The notes under the pieces were generated by a model. It saw only the letters and a program-made list of their open reading frames with translations. It had not been told where the DNA came from and made no database searches. A stretch of DNA of 64,000 nt from Terriglobia bacterium (GTDB taxonomy: Bacteria; Acidobacteriota; Vicinamibacteria; Vicinamibacterales; CAVVIG01): assembly GCA_020073005.1 (NCBI GenBank), contig JAIQFX010000047.1, forward strand, positions 4,080 to 68,079, read 5' to 3'. A program made the translations under genes and the position numbers. Positions 18,063 to 27,884 of this stretch are shown piece by piece (the stretch's first letter is position 1; each line of letters starts with the position of its first letter).

Positions 18063-18198
18063 TTTCACGCTCGCGCGATTCGTTGCACGCTCTTTTCGGA
18101 ACGATCACGGTGCGGCAATTCCACCGGTCTAGACTTCGCGGGCACGCTCGGTGGCGCGACATTGGGTCGGCCATCCGGAGGCGAAAAGCGAGGTCACG

Positions 18199-18942
18199 AT
18201 GATTCGTCGATTCGCGGTATCCCTCGTCGCCGTCGTCACGCTGGCCGTTCTCATCGCCGCGCACTTCCAGCTTTCACCGTCGGCGGCGACAAACTGTCAT
18301 GGCCTGCCGACGGCCGCCGACATCAAGGCGGCGCTCGTCGCGGCCGCCGACCCGACGATTGGCGGACTCTTCAACGGATCGAGAATGTGGGGCGCGGTCG
18401 TCAATCGGGACGGCGAGGTCTGCGCCGCGGCGACATCAACGGACGATCGGACGCAGGTGTGGCCGGGCAGCCAGGCGATCGCGAAGGCGAAGGCGTACAC
18501 GGCGAACGCGTTCAGCCTCGACTCGCTCGCGCTGTCGACGGCGATGCTCTACACCTTCACGCAGCCGGGCCACTCACTGTGGAGCCTCGGGCAGTCCAAC
18601 CTTCTCAACCCGGCGCTGCTCGCGCCGCCGAGCGGCAACGCGGGTGGGACGAACCAGATTGCCGGGGGTCTAATCTTCTTCGGCGGCGGTGTGGCGCTGT
18701 ACCGCGCGGGGAAGATCGTCGGCGGGCTCGGCGTCAGCGGCGATACGTCGTGCGCCGACCACGAAGTCGCAAAACGCGCCCGTACCACGGTGGCGCTCGA
18801 TCCGCCCGGCGGTCCGCTGGTCGACGATATCTCGTATCCTAGTGATGGGCCGTCGGTGTTCATGCACCCGGCATGTCTGAATACGTTCCGCAACGGCGTC
18901 GCGGTCGCCGGCGGGACGGAAACTCCTGCGACGAGCTATTAA
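18199..18942 (+). CDS. GlcG/HbpS-like (DUF336, putative heme-binding) protein, secreted.
   Basis: MIRRFAVSLVAVVTLAVLIAA is a signal/anchor. 'GGGVALYRAGKIVGGLGVSGDTSCADHEVA' is the characteristic GlcG motif. Confidence 0.75.
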   Translation: MIRRFAVSLVAVVTLAVLIAAHFQLSPSAATNCHGLPTAADIKAALVAAADPTIGGLFNGSRMWGAVVNRDGEVCAAATSTDDRTQVWPGSQAIAKAKAYTANAFSLDSLALSTAMLYTFTQPGHSLWSLGQSNLLNPALLAPPSGNAGGTNQIAGGLIFFGGGVALYRAGKIVGGLGVSGDTSCADHEVAKRARTTVALDPPGGPLVDDISYPSDGPSVFMHPACLNTFRNGVAVAGGTETPATSY

Positions 18943-18971
18943 TCCACCCTCGATGAATGAAGGAGCCTGCC

Positions 18972-20390
18972 ATGAAAGCTGATCGAAACGACGTATCCAG
19001 AATCATCACGTTGGTGATCGGGTCATGGCTGGCTGGCTCCGCCGCTGCCTCGGCGGCCACGCACTGCGTGGCCGTCGGCGGCAAGGGCGGATGTTTCTCC
19101 TCGATTCAGTCGGCGATTGCCGCGGCGAATGCCGGCGACACGATCAAGATCCGGAAGGGCGACTATGTGGAGAACGTCATCGTCGACAAGCCGCTCACCA
19201 TTGCGGGCGACAAGGACGACCGTGTCGTGATCCGCCCGGCCGTGTCGAATCCCAATCCGTGCGCCGGCAGCTCGCTCTGCGACGGCACGGTCAGCAACAT
19301 CATCCTCGTCCAGGCCGACGACGTGACGCTGCACGACCTCGTGCTCGACGGCGACAATCCGTCGCTGACGAGCGGCATCGTCCGCGACGGCGCCGACCTC
19401 GACGCGCGCAACGGCATCATCACGAATCATCTCGTGGGCACGTTCACCAACCTGACGGTCTACGACGTCACGCTGCGCAACGTGTACCTGCGCGGGATCT
19501 ACGCCTCGAGCGGCGGCACGTTCAACTTCCACCACAATCGCGTCGAGAACGTGCAGGGCGACACCCAATCGATCGGCATGTTCAATTTCGGCGGCGCGGG
19601 CGTGATGGCGTTCAACGACGTCTCGCGCGCGAATGACGCCGTCAGCTCGAACTGGTCGACCGGCGTGCAGTTCATCGGCAACCGGATCACCGAGTCCGCG
19701 AGCGGCGTGCACACGGACAACTCCGGCGGCAACGATCTGATCGCCGACAACCGCGTCAGCCGCGGCAACTCGCTCGGCACCGGCGCGCCGAGCTATGGGG
19801 TCTGGACGTTCGCGGCCTTCGCCCCGATCACCGTGCGCGGCAACCGGGTCGAGGACGTCGACGTCGGTCTCGCCACGTTCGGGCAGGCGCTCGGGCTCGC
19901 GGTGCCCGCGGGAACGACCTTTACGGACAACGTGCTCATCGGGCGGAACGCCGCTGGCAGCGTCGGCGCGTTTGTCACCACCGACCAGCTCGGCTTCGGA
20001 TCGAACAGCATTGACGCGACGTTCACGGACAACGTCGTCTCGGGATTCAGCGAGGGCTTTCTGATGCAATCCGATCCGGGCAACACGATCATCGTGCGCG
20101 CGACGTGCAACGACGTGCGCGGCCACGACCGTGCCGCCGCCTCGATGGGCGCGTACCAGGCGGACCTCGCCGGTCATCAGGACATTTCGTTCCAGCAGAA
20201 CAACCTTGGCAACAAGGGCATCGGGTTTGCGAATTTCGCCGCGGGCACGATCGATGCGGAGAAGAACTGGTGGGGATGCAGCAACGGACCGGGCGCGCAC
20301 GGATGCACGTCGATCTCGGGCGACGTGGACGCCGCGAACTTCCTGGAACGGCCGTCGCGGTGCGCGGTCGGGCGCCCGTCAGGCTGGTGA
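18972..20390 (+). CDS. Secreted right-handed parallel beta-helix repeat protein (pectate-lyase-like fold).
   Basis: AAGGAG lies 6 nt upstream of the ATG at 18972. It has a signal peptide. 'IQSAIAAANAGDTIKIRKGDYVENVIVDKPLTIAG' and repeated 'N.V....G' turns are present. Confidence 0.75.
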   Translation: MKADRNDVSRIITLVIGSWLAGSAAASAATHCVAVGGKGGCFSSIQSAIAAANAGDTIKIRKGDYVENVIVDKPLTIAGDKDDRVVIRPAVSNPNPCAGSSLCDGTVSNIILVQADDVTLHDLVLDGDNPSLTSGIVRDGADLDARNGIITNHLVGTFTNLTVYDVTLRNVYLRGIYASSGGTFNFHHNRVENVQGDTQSIGMFNFGGAGVMAFNDVSRANDAVSSNWSTGVQFIGNRITESASGVHTDNSGGNDLIADNRVSRGNSLGTGAPSYGVWTFAAFAPITVRGNRVEDVDVGLATFGQALGLAVPAGTTFTDNVLIGRNAAGSVGAFVTTDQLGFGSNSIDATFTDNVVSGFSEGFLMQSDPGNTIIVRATCNDVRGHDRAAASMGAYQADLAGHQDISFQQNNLGNKGIGFANFAAGTIDAEKNWWGCSNGPGAHGCTSISGDVDAANFLERPSRCAVGRPSGW

Positions 20391-21530
20391 CGTCACCGAT
20401 TGATCGTCTTCTGACACATCCGCGAGCTGCACGGCCAGATTGCCCGGGTTGGTCGCGTAGAGGTACGCGGTCGCCAGCGAGAGCGTCCCGTTGCGGACGA
20501 GTTTCTCGATCTCGCCGTCGAAGTGCTGCATGCCGTCCAGCTCGCCGTCGCGCATGGCGTCGAGCAGCGATCGGCCTTCGCTGTCGCCCTTCTCGAGGTA
20601 CTCCCGCGTGCGCATCGTCGACTTGAGCATTTCGAGGACGGCGATGCGCCCGCTGCCTTTCTTCGGCAGCAGCCGCTGTGAAATGAAGTAGCGGAACGAC
20701 GAGGCGAGACGCGTCCGCACGGACGCCTGATCGCCCGCCTCGAAGGACCCGACGATGCGCTCGACGGTCTTCGAGGCGTCGATGGTGTGCAGCGTCGAGA
20801 ACACGAGGTGGCCGGTCTCGGCCGCCGTCAGCGCGATCTCGATCGTCTCGCGGTCCCGCATCTCGCCGACGAGAATCACCTTCGGCGCCTGCCGGAGCGC
20901 CGCGCGCAGCGCGAGCGCGAACGTCGGCGTGTCGCTGTGCAGCTCGCGCTGGTGGACCGTGCCCTTCTTGTGCTGGTGCAGGAACTCGATCGGATCCTCG
21001 ATCGTGAGGATGTGCTCGGCCCGCGTCTCGTTGATCAGATCGATGAGCGCCGCGAGCGTCGACGACTTGCCGGAGCCGGTCGGGCCCGTCACGAGCACGA
21101 TGCCGTTCTTGAGCGACGCCACCTCGGCGACGGCATGCGGCAGCTTCAGATCCTCCAGCGTCGGAATCTTCATCGCGATGACGCGCATCACGATCGCGTA
21201 CGAGCCGCGCTGGCGGAAGACGTTCACGCGGAAGCGCGCGCGCTCAGGGAGCGAGTACGACAAATCGCACGCGCCCTGCTCCTTGAGGGTGCGCAGCAGC
21301 GCTTCATTGCCTTTGATCAGATCGGCCGCGACGCGCGCCGTATCGTCGGGCCGCAGCATCGGCAGTTCCGGGACCACGACCGAGACGAGATTCCCGTCTT
21401 TCTCCACTTGCGGCGGGCGTCCGGGGGACATGATCAGGTCGCTGATGCCGCTGCCGGAGTCCAGCATGGCCATGATGAGCGCGGGCGTGGCGATCGCCGG
21501 CGCGCCCTGGTCGGAAGAATTGGTAGTCAT
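20379..21530 (-). CDS. pilT: Type IV pilus retraction ATPase, PilT/PilU family.
   Basis: Walker A 'GPTGSGKSS', 'ILTIEDPIEF', Walker B/Asp box 'ILVGEMRD' and His box 'GHLVFSTLHT'. Confidence 0.9.
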   Translation of the reverse strand: MTTNSSDQGAPAIATPALIMAMLDSGSGISDLIMSPGRPPQVEKDGNLVSVVVPELPMLRPDDTARVAADLIKGNEALLRTLKEQGACDLSYSLPERARFRVNVFRQRGSYAIVMRVIAMKIPTLEDLKLPHAVAEVASLKNGIVLVTGPTGSGKSSTLAALIDLINETRAEHILTIEDPIEFLHQHKKGTVHQRELHSDTPTFALALRAALRQAPKVILVGEMRDRETIEIALTAAETGHLVFSTLHTIDASKTVERIVGSFEAGDQASVRTRLASSFRYFISQRLLPKKGSGRIAVLEMLKSTMRTREYLEKGDSEGRSLLDAMRDGELDGMQHFDGEIEKLVRNGTLSLATAYLYATNPGNLAVQLADVSEDDQSVTSPA

Positions 21531-21746
21531 AGGCGCGTGAATGCACCGCGATTATCTGTGCAATCCGCGCATTGTCAAGAAACTCACGAGGTCATGTCGT
21601 TTCGACTCGATCCGTGAGCGCGCGTCAGACGCCGCAGTGCGGGCGCATCCGCTAAATACCGGAAACACGCAGGTTGCAGTCTCCATAAAGATTGAATGAA
21701 CCGGTACGGGCCTTGCTCCGCCGATCCTCGTGGAGGAAGAACCTGT

Positions 21747-22307
21747 ATGGCTCGTACATTGATCACGTTTCTGTCGTCGCTCGCCGTCGTCACCTCGCTG
21801 AGTGTCAACCCGGCGTCCGCGCAGTCTCGGGGCGGTGGCCACGCCGTCACGCCGTCGCAGGCGCGTCCGTCGGCTCCCGCACAGCCGGCAGGGCCCGCGA
21901 AGGGATCTGAGGGCACGAGGGGACACGACGGATCGAACAAGCCGGCGCCGATGACGGTCGCGCAGCGCATCGACGCACATCCGCAGCTCGTCACGCAGTT
22001 GACGCCGCTGCTGCCCTCGGGCGTGACGCTCGATGCGGCGGCGCAGGGCTTCAAGAACCAGGGACAGTTCATCGCGGCGCTGCACGTCTCGCACAACCTG
22101 AACATCCCGTTCGACAAGCTCAAGGCGGAAATGACCGGCGCCGATCACGACAGCCTCGGCAAGGCGATTCAGGATCTGCAGCCGACGGCGGACGCGAAGG
22201 CCGCGGCGAAGACGGCCGAAGCCCAGGCGCGCGCCGATCTCAAAGCGGCCGGCAAGACCACCCCGGTGAAGAAGACCGACGCCGACAAAGACAACGACGG
22301 AAAGTAA
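21747..22307 (+). CDS. Secreted hypothetical protein, low complexity with a Lys/Ala-rich tail.
   Basis: GGAGGA lies upstream of the ATG at 21747. MARTLITFLSSLAVVTSLSVNPASAQ is a signal peptide. It is 7 nt upstream of the next gene. Confidence 0.6.
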   Translation: MARTLITFLSSLAVVTSLSVNPASAQSRGGGHAVTPSQARPSAPAQPAGPAKGSEGTRGHDGSNKPAPMTVAQRIDAHPQLVTQLTPLLPSGVTLDAAAQGFKNQGQFIAALHVSHNLNIPFDKLKAEMTGADHDSLGKAIQDLQPTADAKAAAKTAEAQARADLKAAGKTTPVKKTDADKDNDGK

Positions 22308-22313
22308 GGTCGC

Positions 22314-23297
22314 GTGATGTCCCGATCATTACGTGAGTGGCAACTGATCGTGGCGGGCGCAGCGCTGGCTGCGCTCGCCGCGGCTTCACCCGTGCGCGCG
22401 GACAGTCCGACGAAGCCGACCACGACGTCGCCTTCGCCGGGCTCGGGATCTGGATCGTCATCCGGATCGGGATCCGGGAAGAGCCACGAGTCCTCGCCGC
22501 CGAGCAGCAGCAAGCTGCCGCGACAGGGCGTCGCCGGTCCTGCGACCGGCACGACGCCGCTCGCCGTGATCATGGACGCGAGTCTTCTCGCGCCGGGAAA
22601 CGCGGCGCTGACCGTGTCCGCGCTCAGCTGGCAGGGCACCGACGCGAGCGAAGTCGATCTGCCCGTCGTTGGCGTTGCGGTCGGCGTCGCGCCGCGATTC
22701 CAGATCGGCGCGAGCGTCCCGTACACGGTCGGCGACGCCGCATCGGGCGTTGCCGGCGGATGGGGCACGACGTACCTGAGCGGCAAGATAGGCCTCGTCC
22801 AGAACGACGGGAACGGCGTGAAGCTTGCGATCGCGCCGACGATTCAGGTGCTCGGCGCCGGCGTGCTCTCGTCGCTCTCGTCGAGCGAGAGCCGCGTGAC
22901 ATGGGGATTGCCGGTGAGCGCCGAAGTCGACAGCGGTGACGCGCGTCTGTTTGCGAGCGGCGGCTATTTCTCCGGCGGCATCGGATTCGCCGGAGGCGGC
23001 GTCGGCGTGCAGGCGTCGTCGCGCGTGATGCTGTCCGGATCGTTCAGCCACGCGTGGTCGAGCGGGACGTCGACGACATCGATCACGTCGGCCACCGGAA
23101 CGGTGACGACGCTGACATCCGATGTGACCAACACGCGCAGCGAAGTGTTCGGCGGCTTGTCGATCGCCGTGGCACCGCACGTCGGCGTTTTCGGATCAGT
23201 AGGCCACACGATCGGGACGACGGATGCGAACGGCGCCGGCCTGACGATTGTCGGCGGCCTGTCGATCCTTGCCGGTCCGTCCGGATCGCGGCCGTAG
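22314..23297 (+). CDS. Putative outer-membrane beta-barrel protein with a Ser/Gly/Pro-rich linker.
   Basis: It has a signal peptide, and alternating hydrophobic beta-strand pattern with Gly/Ser-rich turns runs throughout. Confidence 0.6.
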   Translation: MMSRSLREWQLIVAGAALAALAAASPVRADSPTKPTTTSPSPGSGSGSSSGSGSGKSHESSPPSSSKLPRQGVAGPATGTTPLAVIMDASLLAPGNAALTVSALSWQGTDASEVDLPVVGVAVGVAPRFQIGASVPYTVGDAASGVAGGWGTTYLSGKIGLVQNDGNGVKLAIAPTIQVLGAGVLSSLSSSESRVTWGLPVSAEVDSGDARLFASGGYFSGGIGFAGGGVGVQASSRVMLSGSFSHAWSSGTSTTSITSATGTVTTLTSDVTNTRSEVFGGLSIAVAPHVGVFGSVGHTIGTTDANGAGLTIVGGLSILAGPSGSRP

Positions 23298-23444
23298 CGC
23301 CCTGTCTTCCGTCACGCCGCGTGCGCCATCGCCTCCGCCGGGGGTGTCAGGAATTCCGTGTGTGAGGCGGTTCATCATGACATGGACGGCGTCGTGAAGC
23401 GATCGTCGAACAGCATCGCGAACTGCGTCATCGCGGTTTCTCCT

Positions 23445-24647
23445 TCAGGCGGCGCGAGCGCGCTCGGACACGGCCAACGCTTCGGCCCGCTGCCTCAATC
23501 CGATCAGCATGCGCCGCGTCATGATGAACGCCGCCGGCTCGAGCACGCACCTGAAGAGCGTCCAGCCCAAAGTCGCCGGCATGCGTCCGCGATTGCGCGA
23601 CACGAGCCGCGTGCGATCCGGACCGATCGGAACGAGCCCAAGCTCCCAGCTCCACGCGAATCCCGTTTCCTCGCCGGCGAGCACCAGCGCGAGAGGCGGC
23701 TCGACGGTCCGCACGGGAAACGCCGTCGCGCGTCCGATCGGGATCACGTCGCCCGGCTTCAGCGTCTGGAACTCCGGCAGGATGCGGTCCGCGCTCGGCC
23801 GATCGAGGTACCCGAAGAGGCGATCGAGCCAGTCGTAGCTGTAGAGGCCGCCGCGCCGATAGCCCATCTGCACGAGCCACGGCCACACGTGATCCGGCCG
23901 CGCGCGGATGTCGATGCCCAGCGTCATCGAGTAGTTCGGATGCTCGACCGCGCCGTCCCCGCGCATCGCGCGCGCGACGTCCGCTCTCGCGGCGCCCCAA
24001 TCGCGAAGCGTTCGCGCGAGCTCGGCCGGCAGCGCGCAGCCCGCGAGCGTCACGGCGACGAGGAAGAGCACAAGGTCGGGCGTCACGCCGAAGAGAAACG
24101 CCGCGCTTCCGGCGACGAGCGACCAGACGATCGGAACGACGAGGAGCCAGCGCGACACCGGCATCGCCGCGAGCAGCAGTCCGGCCGTGAAGATCGTCGT
24201 CGGACACGGGACGCCGAACGCCGGCGCGCGCGGCAGCGTGTGTCCGGCGATCACGACCAGCGCGGGATAGAGCAGCGAGTAGGCGAGAAACACGGCCGCG
24301 AGCCAGTACCGAGGCGACCGGCCCCACGCGAACGGCAACAGACGAAGCGACACGCCGGACCACAGGAATCCGATCGCCTGCGCGACGAAGAGCGCGGCGA
24401 AAATCCACGCGGCGGGATTGATGCGCGTGAAGTAGACGGCGTGATACGCGATGCCGCTCCACGCCCACAGGATCGCGGCGAACGTCCAGACCACCTTGGC
24501 TCTGGCCCGGCCGCGCACGATCTGAATCGTCAGCGCCAGCGCCGCCAGCCAGAGCACGATCACGACGGGCCACAGCGCCGTGTTGAAGGCGCCGAGATTA
24601 TCGAGGAACTGTGTCCCCGTGAACGGAAGCGAATCCTCGAGGGGCAT
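23445..24647 (-). CDS. Fusion of a multi-pass membrane domain with a C-terminal SRPBCC/START-like domain.
   Basis: The N-terminal ~215 aa contain about 6 hydrophobic helices. The C-terminal 'HVWPWLVQMGYRRGGLYSYDWLDRLFG...ILPEFQTLKPGDVIPIG' is typical of SRPBCC family proteins. Confidence 0.7.
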   Translation of the reverse strand: MPLEDSLPFTGTQFLDNLGAFNTALWPVVIVLWLAALALTIQIVRGRARAKVVWTFAAILWAWSGIAYHAVYFTRINPAAWIFAALFVAQAIGFLWSGVSLRLLPFAWGRSPRYWLAAVFLAYSLLYPALVVIAGHTLPRAPAFGVPCPTTIFTAGLLLAAMPVSRWLLVVPIVWSLVAGSAAFLFGVTPDLVLFLVAVTLAGCALPAELARTLRDWGAARADVARAMRGDGAVEHPNYSMTLGIDIRARPDHVWPWLVQMGYRRGGLYSYDWLDRLFGYLDRPSADRILPEFQTLKPGDVIPIGRATAFPVRTVEPPLALVLAGEETGFAWSWELGLVPIGPDRTRLVSRNRGRMPATLGWTLFRCVLEPAAFIMTRRMLIGLRQRAEALAVSERARAA

Positions 24648-24660
24648 CGTGCCCGCCCTC

Positions 24661-24969
24661 TTACGCGTGTTGCTGCGTCACAAGAGGCCTGAGGACCATG
24701 CTCGCGCCGACGACGACGAGAACGATCGCGAACAGCGGCAGCGTGACGCCGAACATATCGCTCAATCCGGCTGACAACACGAGCACGCCGAGCGTGATCG
24801 AGAATCCGCTCCATCCGAGGTTTCTCGCGTACCGGAACGCGTTGAGCAGCAGAAGCAGAATGCCCGTGCCGACCAGCCACGTGCCCTGAGGTACGGACGG
24901 GACGAGCCAGATCGTGCCGATCATGATCAGAAAGATCCCCCAGCCGATTTCGTCGAGTCGTTTTTCCAT
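24661..24969 (-). CDS. Small integral membrane protein (3 TM).
   Basis: MEKRLDEIGWGIFLIMIGTIWLV..., hydrophobic throughout. It is 14 nt upstream of the next minus-strand gene. Confidence 0.6.
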   Translation of the reverse strand: MEKRLDEIGWGIFLIMIGTIWLVPSVPQGTWLVGTGILLLLLNAFRYARNLGWSGFSITLGVLVLSAGLSDMFGVTLPLFAIVLVVVGASMVLRPLVTQQHA

Positions 24970-24978
24970 GACAGTCTC

Positions 24979-25743
24979 CTATGCGGCGGCCCGGCTGGAG
25001 CTCGCGAAGCTCCTGCCCAGGGCGTACGCGCGCTCCAGGTAGCGGCGCCGCGTCTCATCGTCCGCGCCGTTGACGGCGTAGAAGAACTCGTGGTCGACGG
25101 TCTTGATGCCCGGGTAGCGGAGGCTCCAGTCGTCGATCAGCCGCTTCATCGCGTCGCCGAACCCTTGCGTGTACGTGTGTTCGTTGAAGATGGTCGTGTT
25201 GATGACGAGCGCCTTCTCGTGCTTCAGGAGCGGAACGCGCCCCGCGACGTCGCCGTGCCAGCCCGCGTCGGACAGGCCGAACGCGAATCCCAGCGTGAAG
25301 ACGCGCTCGAACCAGCCTTTCAGGATCGCGGGGAAGCCCACGAACCAGACCGGCGAGATGAAGACCAGCGCCTGCGCACGCGCGACTTTGTCCTGCTGCT
25401 CGAGGACGTCCTTGGGCCGGCGTTCCGCGCGCAACGCGCGGATGATCCCGCGGTCGTCCTTGTCGCCGATCCAGCGCTTCATGAGAAAGCGCTGCAGCGG
25501 TCCGCGCGCGCTGTTGATCAGCTCCTGTTTCAGGTGCGCCCGGTCGAGGATGTCCTGCGGGACGTTCTCGTCCATCCAGCTCGGTCCGTCCCAGTCGCGC
25601 AGGACCGGATCGAAGTCGATGGCATAGAGATCGACGATCTCGTTCGTATGACCCGCGTCCGTCAGGCCCTTCGTGAACTGCTCGAGGACGGCGTAACAAA
25701 AGGACTTGTGATTGGGATGCGCGAAGATCGTGAGGACGTGCAT
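24979..25743 (-). CDS. NAD(P)H-dependent oxidoreductase with a flavodoxin-like fold (NQO1/MdaB-like quinone reductase family).
   Basis: Start is MHVLTIFAHPNHKSFCYAV at 25743, with GGGGAG upstream. 'LVFISPVWFVGFPAILKGWFERVF' is typical of the Flavodoxin_2 family. Confidence 0.8.
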   Translation of the reverse strand: MHVLTIFAHPNHKSFCYAVLEQFTKGLTDAGHTNEIVDLYAIDFDPVLRDWDGPSWMDENVPQDILDRAHLKQELINSARGPLQRFLMKRWIGDKDDRGIIRALRAERRPKDVLEQQDKVARAQALVFISPVWFVGFPAILKGWFERVFTLGFAFGLSDAGWHGDVAGRVPLLKHEKALVINTTIFNEHTYTQGFGDAMKRLIDDWSLRYPGIKTVDHEFFYAVNGADDETRRRYLERAYALGRSFASSSRAAA

Positions 25744-25934
25744 GGCTGACTCCCCACGCTGCTGACGATGCAAGGTCGGGACCTCGCGAAGGGGCGCGAA
25801 ACGCACGGGAAGCCGCGCGCCGCGTGGATAATCCGGTTGCTGGCGGCGCCGAACATCCGCCAGCCGCCGAAAAACCTGCACGCGAGCCGGGACGATCACG
25901 CTCCGCTTGGTGCGGACGGTGTACTGTCTGCCTG

Positions 25935-26615
25935 ATGTTCTCGCATTCGTCCAAGGGACGCCTGACCGATCGCGACCTCGGCCGCTTTCCCGAGCGCACG
26001 CTCTTCCATAAGGTCGCGCGCGCCGTGTGTCACGCGGGCTGCCTGCCGCGCAAAGAACTGTACGAAGCGTGGGAGGTCGCGCGGCGCGTGCGGCGTCTCT
26101 TCCGCGGCGGCCGCATCGTCGATCTCTGCGCCGGCCACGGCCTGCTCGCGCAGATCATGCTGATCCTGGACGACTCATCGCCGTCCGCGATCGCGGTGGA
26201 CAAGACATTGCCGCGGTCGACCGCGAAGCTGCGCGACGCGCTCGTGCGGACCTGGCCGAGACTGGCCGGACGCATCGAGTTCGTCGCGAGCGAAATAGAC
26301 GCCGTCGCGATCCATGACACCGACATCGTCGTCTCGGCGCATGCGTGCGGCGCGCTGACCGATCGCGTTCTCGCGCGCGCGGTCGCCGCGCGCGCGAACG
26401 TCGCGGTGCTGGCGTGCTGTCACGATCTGGAGACGTGCGATGCGGGCAGTCTGACGGGCTGGGTCGACGGCCCCGTCGCCATCGACGTCAGGCGGGCGAT
26501 GCGTCTCGAGCAGCAGGGCTATCGCGTCTGGACGCAGACGATCCCTGCCGAGATCACTCCGAAGAACCGCCTGCTGATCGCGGCGGCTATTTCTCTTTGT
26601 ACTTCGGGACCTTGA
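25935..26615 (+). CDS. SAM-dependent methyltransferase-like protein.
   Basis: The motif I-like 'IVDLCAGHGLL' and an acidic loop 'AVDK' are present. The start is taken at MFSHSS (25935). The 3' end overlaps a convergent gene by 29 nt. Confidence 0.6.
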   Translation: MFSHSSKGRLTDRDLGRFPERTLFHKVARAVCHAGCLPRKELYEAWEVARRVRRLFRGGRIVDLCAGHGLLAQIMLILDDSSPSAIAVDKTLPRSTAKLRDALVRTWPRLAGRIEFVASEIDAVAIHDTDIVVSAHACGALTDRVLARAVAARANVAVLACCHDLETCDAGSLTGWVDGPVAIDVRRAMRLEQQGYRVWTQTIPAEITPKNRLLIAAAISLCTSGP

Positions 26616-27354
26616 TCCGGCCTTCCCAGAGACTCTTGTTATTTTCCTCGCAGGAGTACTCCATGATTTCCCAGTCGGTCCTGAGCGTGAAGGTCCGCGC
26701 GTTCGTCCACGTCTTCGTGAAGGTCTTCGGATCGTCGACCGTCACTTCATAAGAAATGTGGCCGAGGTCCGGGCGCGAGAAGCGTTGGACGAGGTGCAGC
26801 TGATCGCTGTGCGGATGTCCGACCGTGTCCAGCCGCGTGTGATCGTTGAAGTTGACCGTGTCGATGACGAGCGTGTCGCCTTCCCAGTGGCCGACCGAAT
26901 CGCCGAACCACGTCGCGATCCCGTCGCCGTGCTTGCGGCCGTCGAGCGGCACGACGGTGAACCACGAGTTCTGCTCGAACAGGAACGCGAGGTACCTGTC
27001 GCTCTGCATGATCTGCATCGGCTCCGGCGTGTTGATGGAGCGCGTCATGCCGAACGGCAAGCACGATCCGGTGTAGTCGCCTTCCGCCGCGTCGTACGTC
27101 TTCCACTCATTCGCGCCCCACGGCGTGAACGGAAGCTCGCCGGCGCCTTTCTGATCCTTGCCGTCCTTCGTCATGTCCGGCACGTACGCCTTCGCCCAGA
27201 CGCCGCTGAAGTCGGGTGTGCCGGACGCGGTGCGCGGCGCCGGGCCCGTGGGCGGCTTGTAGTCCTTTTGCGCGAGGGCGCGCGTGGGGATCGCGGCCGG
27301 CAATGCCACAGCGGCGACGGCGGTCAGCACGCTGGCGAGGAGTCGCGTTCTCAC
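26587..27354 (-). CDS. Secreted hypothetical protein.
   Basis: It has the signal peptide MRTRLLASVLTAVAAVALPAAIPTRALAQ and well-behaved composition. Its ATG overlaps the stop of the upstream gene (ATGA at 27351-27354). Confidence 0.7.
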   Translation of the reverse strand: MRTRLLASVLTAVAAVALPAAIPTRALAQKDYKPPTGPAPRTASGTPDFSGVWAKAYVPDMTKDGKDQKGAGELPFTPWGANEWKTYDAAEGDYTGSCLPFGMTRSINTPEPMQIMQSDRYLAFLFEQNSWFTVVPLDGRKHGDGIATWFGDSVGHWEGDTLVIDTVNFNDHTRLDTVGHPHSDQLHLVQRFSRPDLGHISYEVTVDDPKTFTKTWTNARTFTLRTDWEIMEYSCEENNKSLWEGRIKVPKYKEK

Positions 27355-27815
27355 CGGCCTCGACCTCCGGACTTCGCCGCCGTCGGCAAGCCGTCACCGG
27401 CAGACGAACCGGCGAAGATGTCGCGGCCGTCGGGCATCGTGACGAGGCGCATGTTGCAGGTCTTGGATCCGTCTTTGGCCAGGTATCCCTCGACGATAAT
27501 CTGGTCGCCGAATTTGAGGGAATCCCGGCTCCAGCCGTTGCGCGTCAGCGTGTTGGGCGCGCCGCCTTCGCATTGCCACGCTTCGACGCTGCCCTTGTCG
27601 TCCTTGTCGTTCTTCACGTCCAGGTAGACCCAGATGTGCGGGTTCCGCCAGTCGAGCTTCGTCACGCTGCCCTTCAGCGTCACCTGCTTGTTCGCGTCGA
27701 ATTCCGCGGCGAACGAGTGATGCGCGGACACCGGCTGCACGACGAGCGCGGCCACCGCCATACCGAGGCCGAGGCCGGCCCTGATAAGGACGGCAAGGAA
27801 ATGCTGTGCGTTCAT
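27351..27815 (-). CDS. Small secreted OB-fold-like protein, DUF6152-like.
   Basis: MNAQHFLAVLIRAGLGLGMAVAALVVQPVSAHHSFAAEFD...VTLKGSVTKLDWRNPHIWVYLDV matches the 'AHHSF...TL.G.V....W.NPH' pattern I associate with DUF6152. It is embedded in a longer shadow ORF in the track. Confidence 0.7.
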   Translation of the reverse strand: MNAQHFLAVLIRAGLGLGMAVAALVVQPVSAHHSFAAEFDANKQVTLKGSVTKLDWRNPHIWVYLDVKNDKDDKGSVEAWQCEGGAPNTLTRNGWSRDSLKFGDQIIVEGYLAKDGSKTCNMRLVTMPDGRDIFAGSSAGDGLPTAAKSGGRGR

Positions 27816-27884
27816 ACTGCGGCAAGCTACACCCAAGGCTTCGGGCGCGCAAGAATTTTGCGATAGACTCAACGGCTCCGAACC

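Noticed and set aside
23375-23431. 18-codon minus-strand ORF (MTQFAMLFDDRFTTPSMS) with an AAGGAGA box overlapping the stop of the upstream gene.
   Set aside because: It is too short and has no supporting features. It may be chance in a GC-rich spacer and would need conservation evidence.
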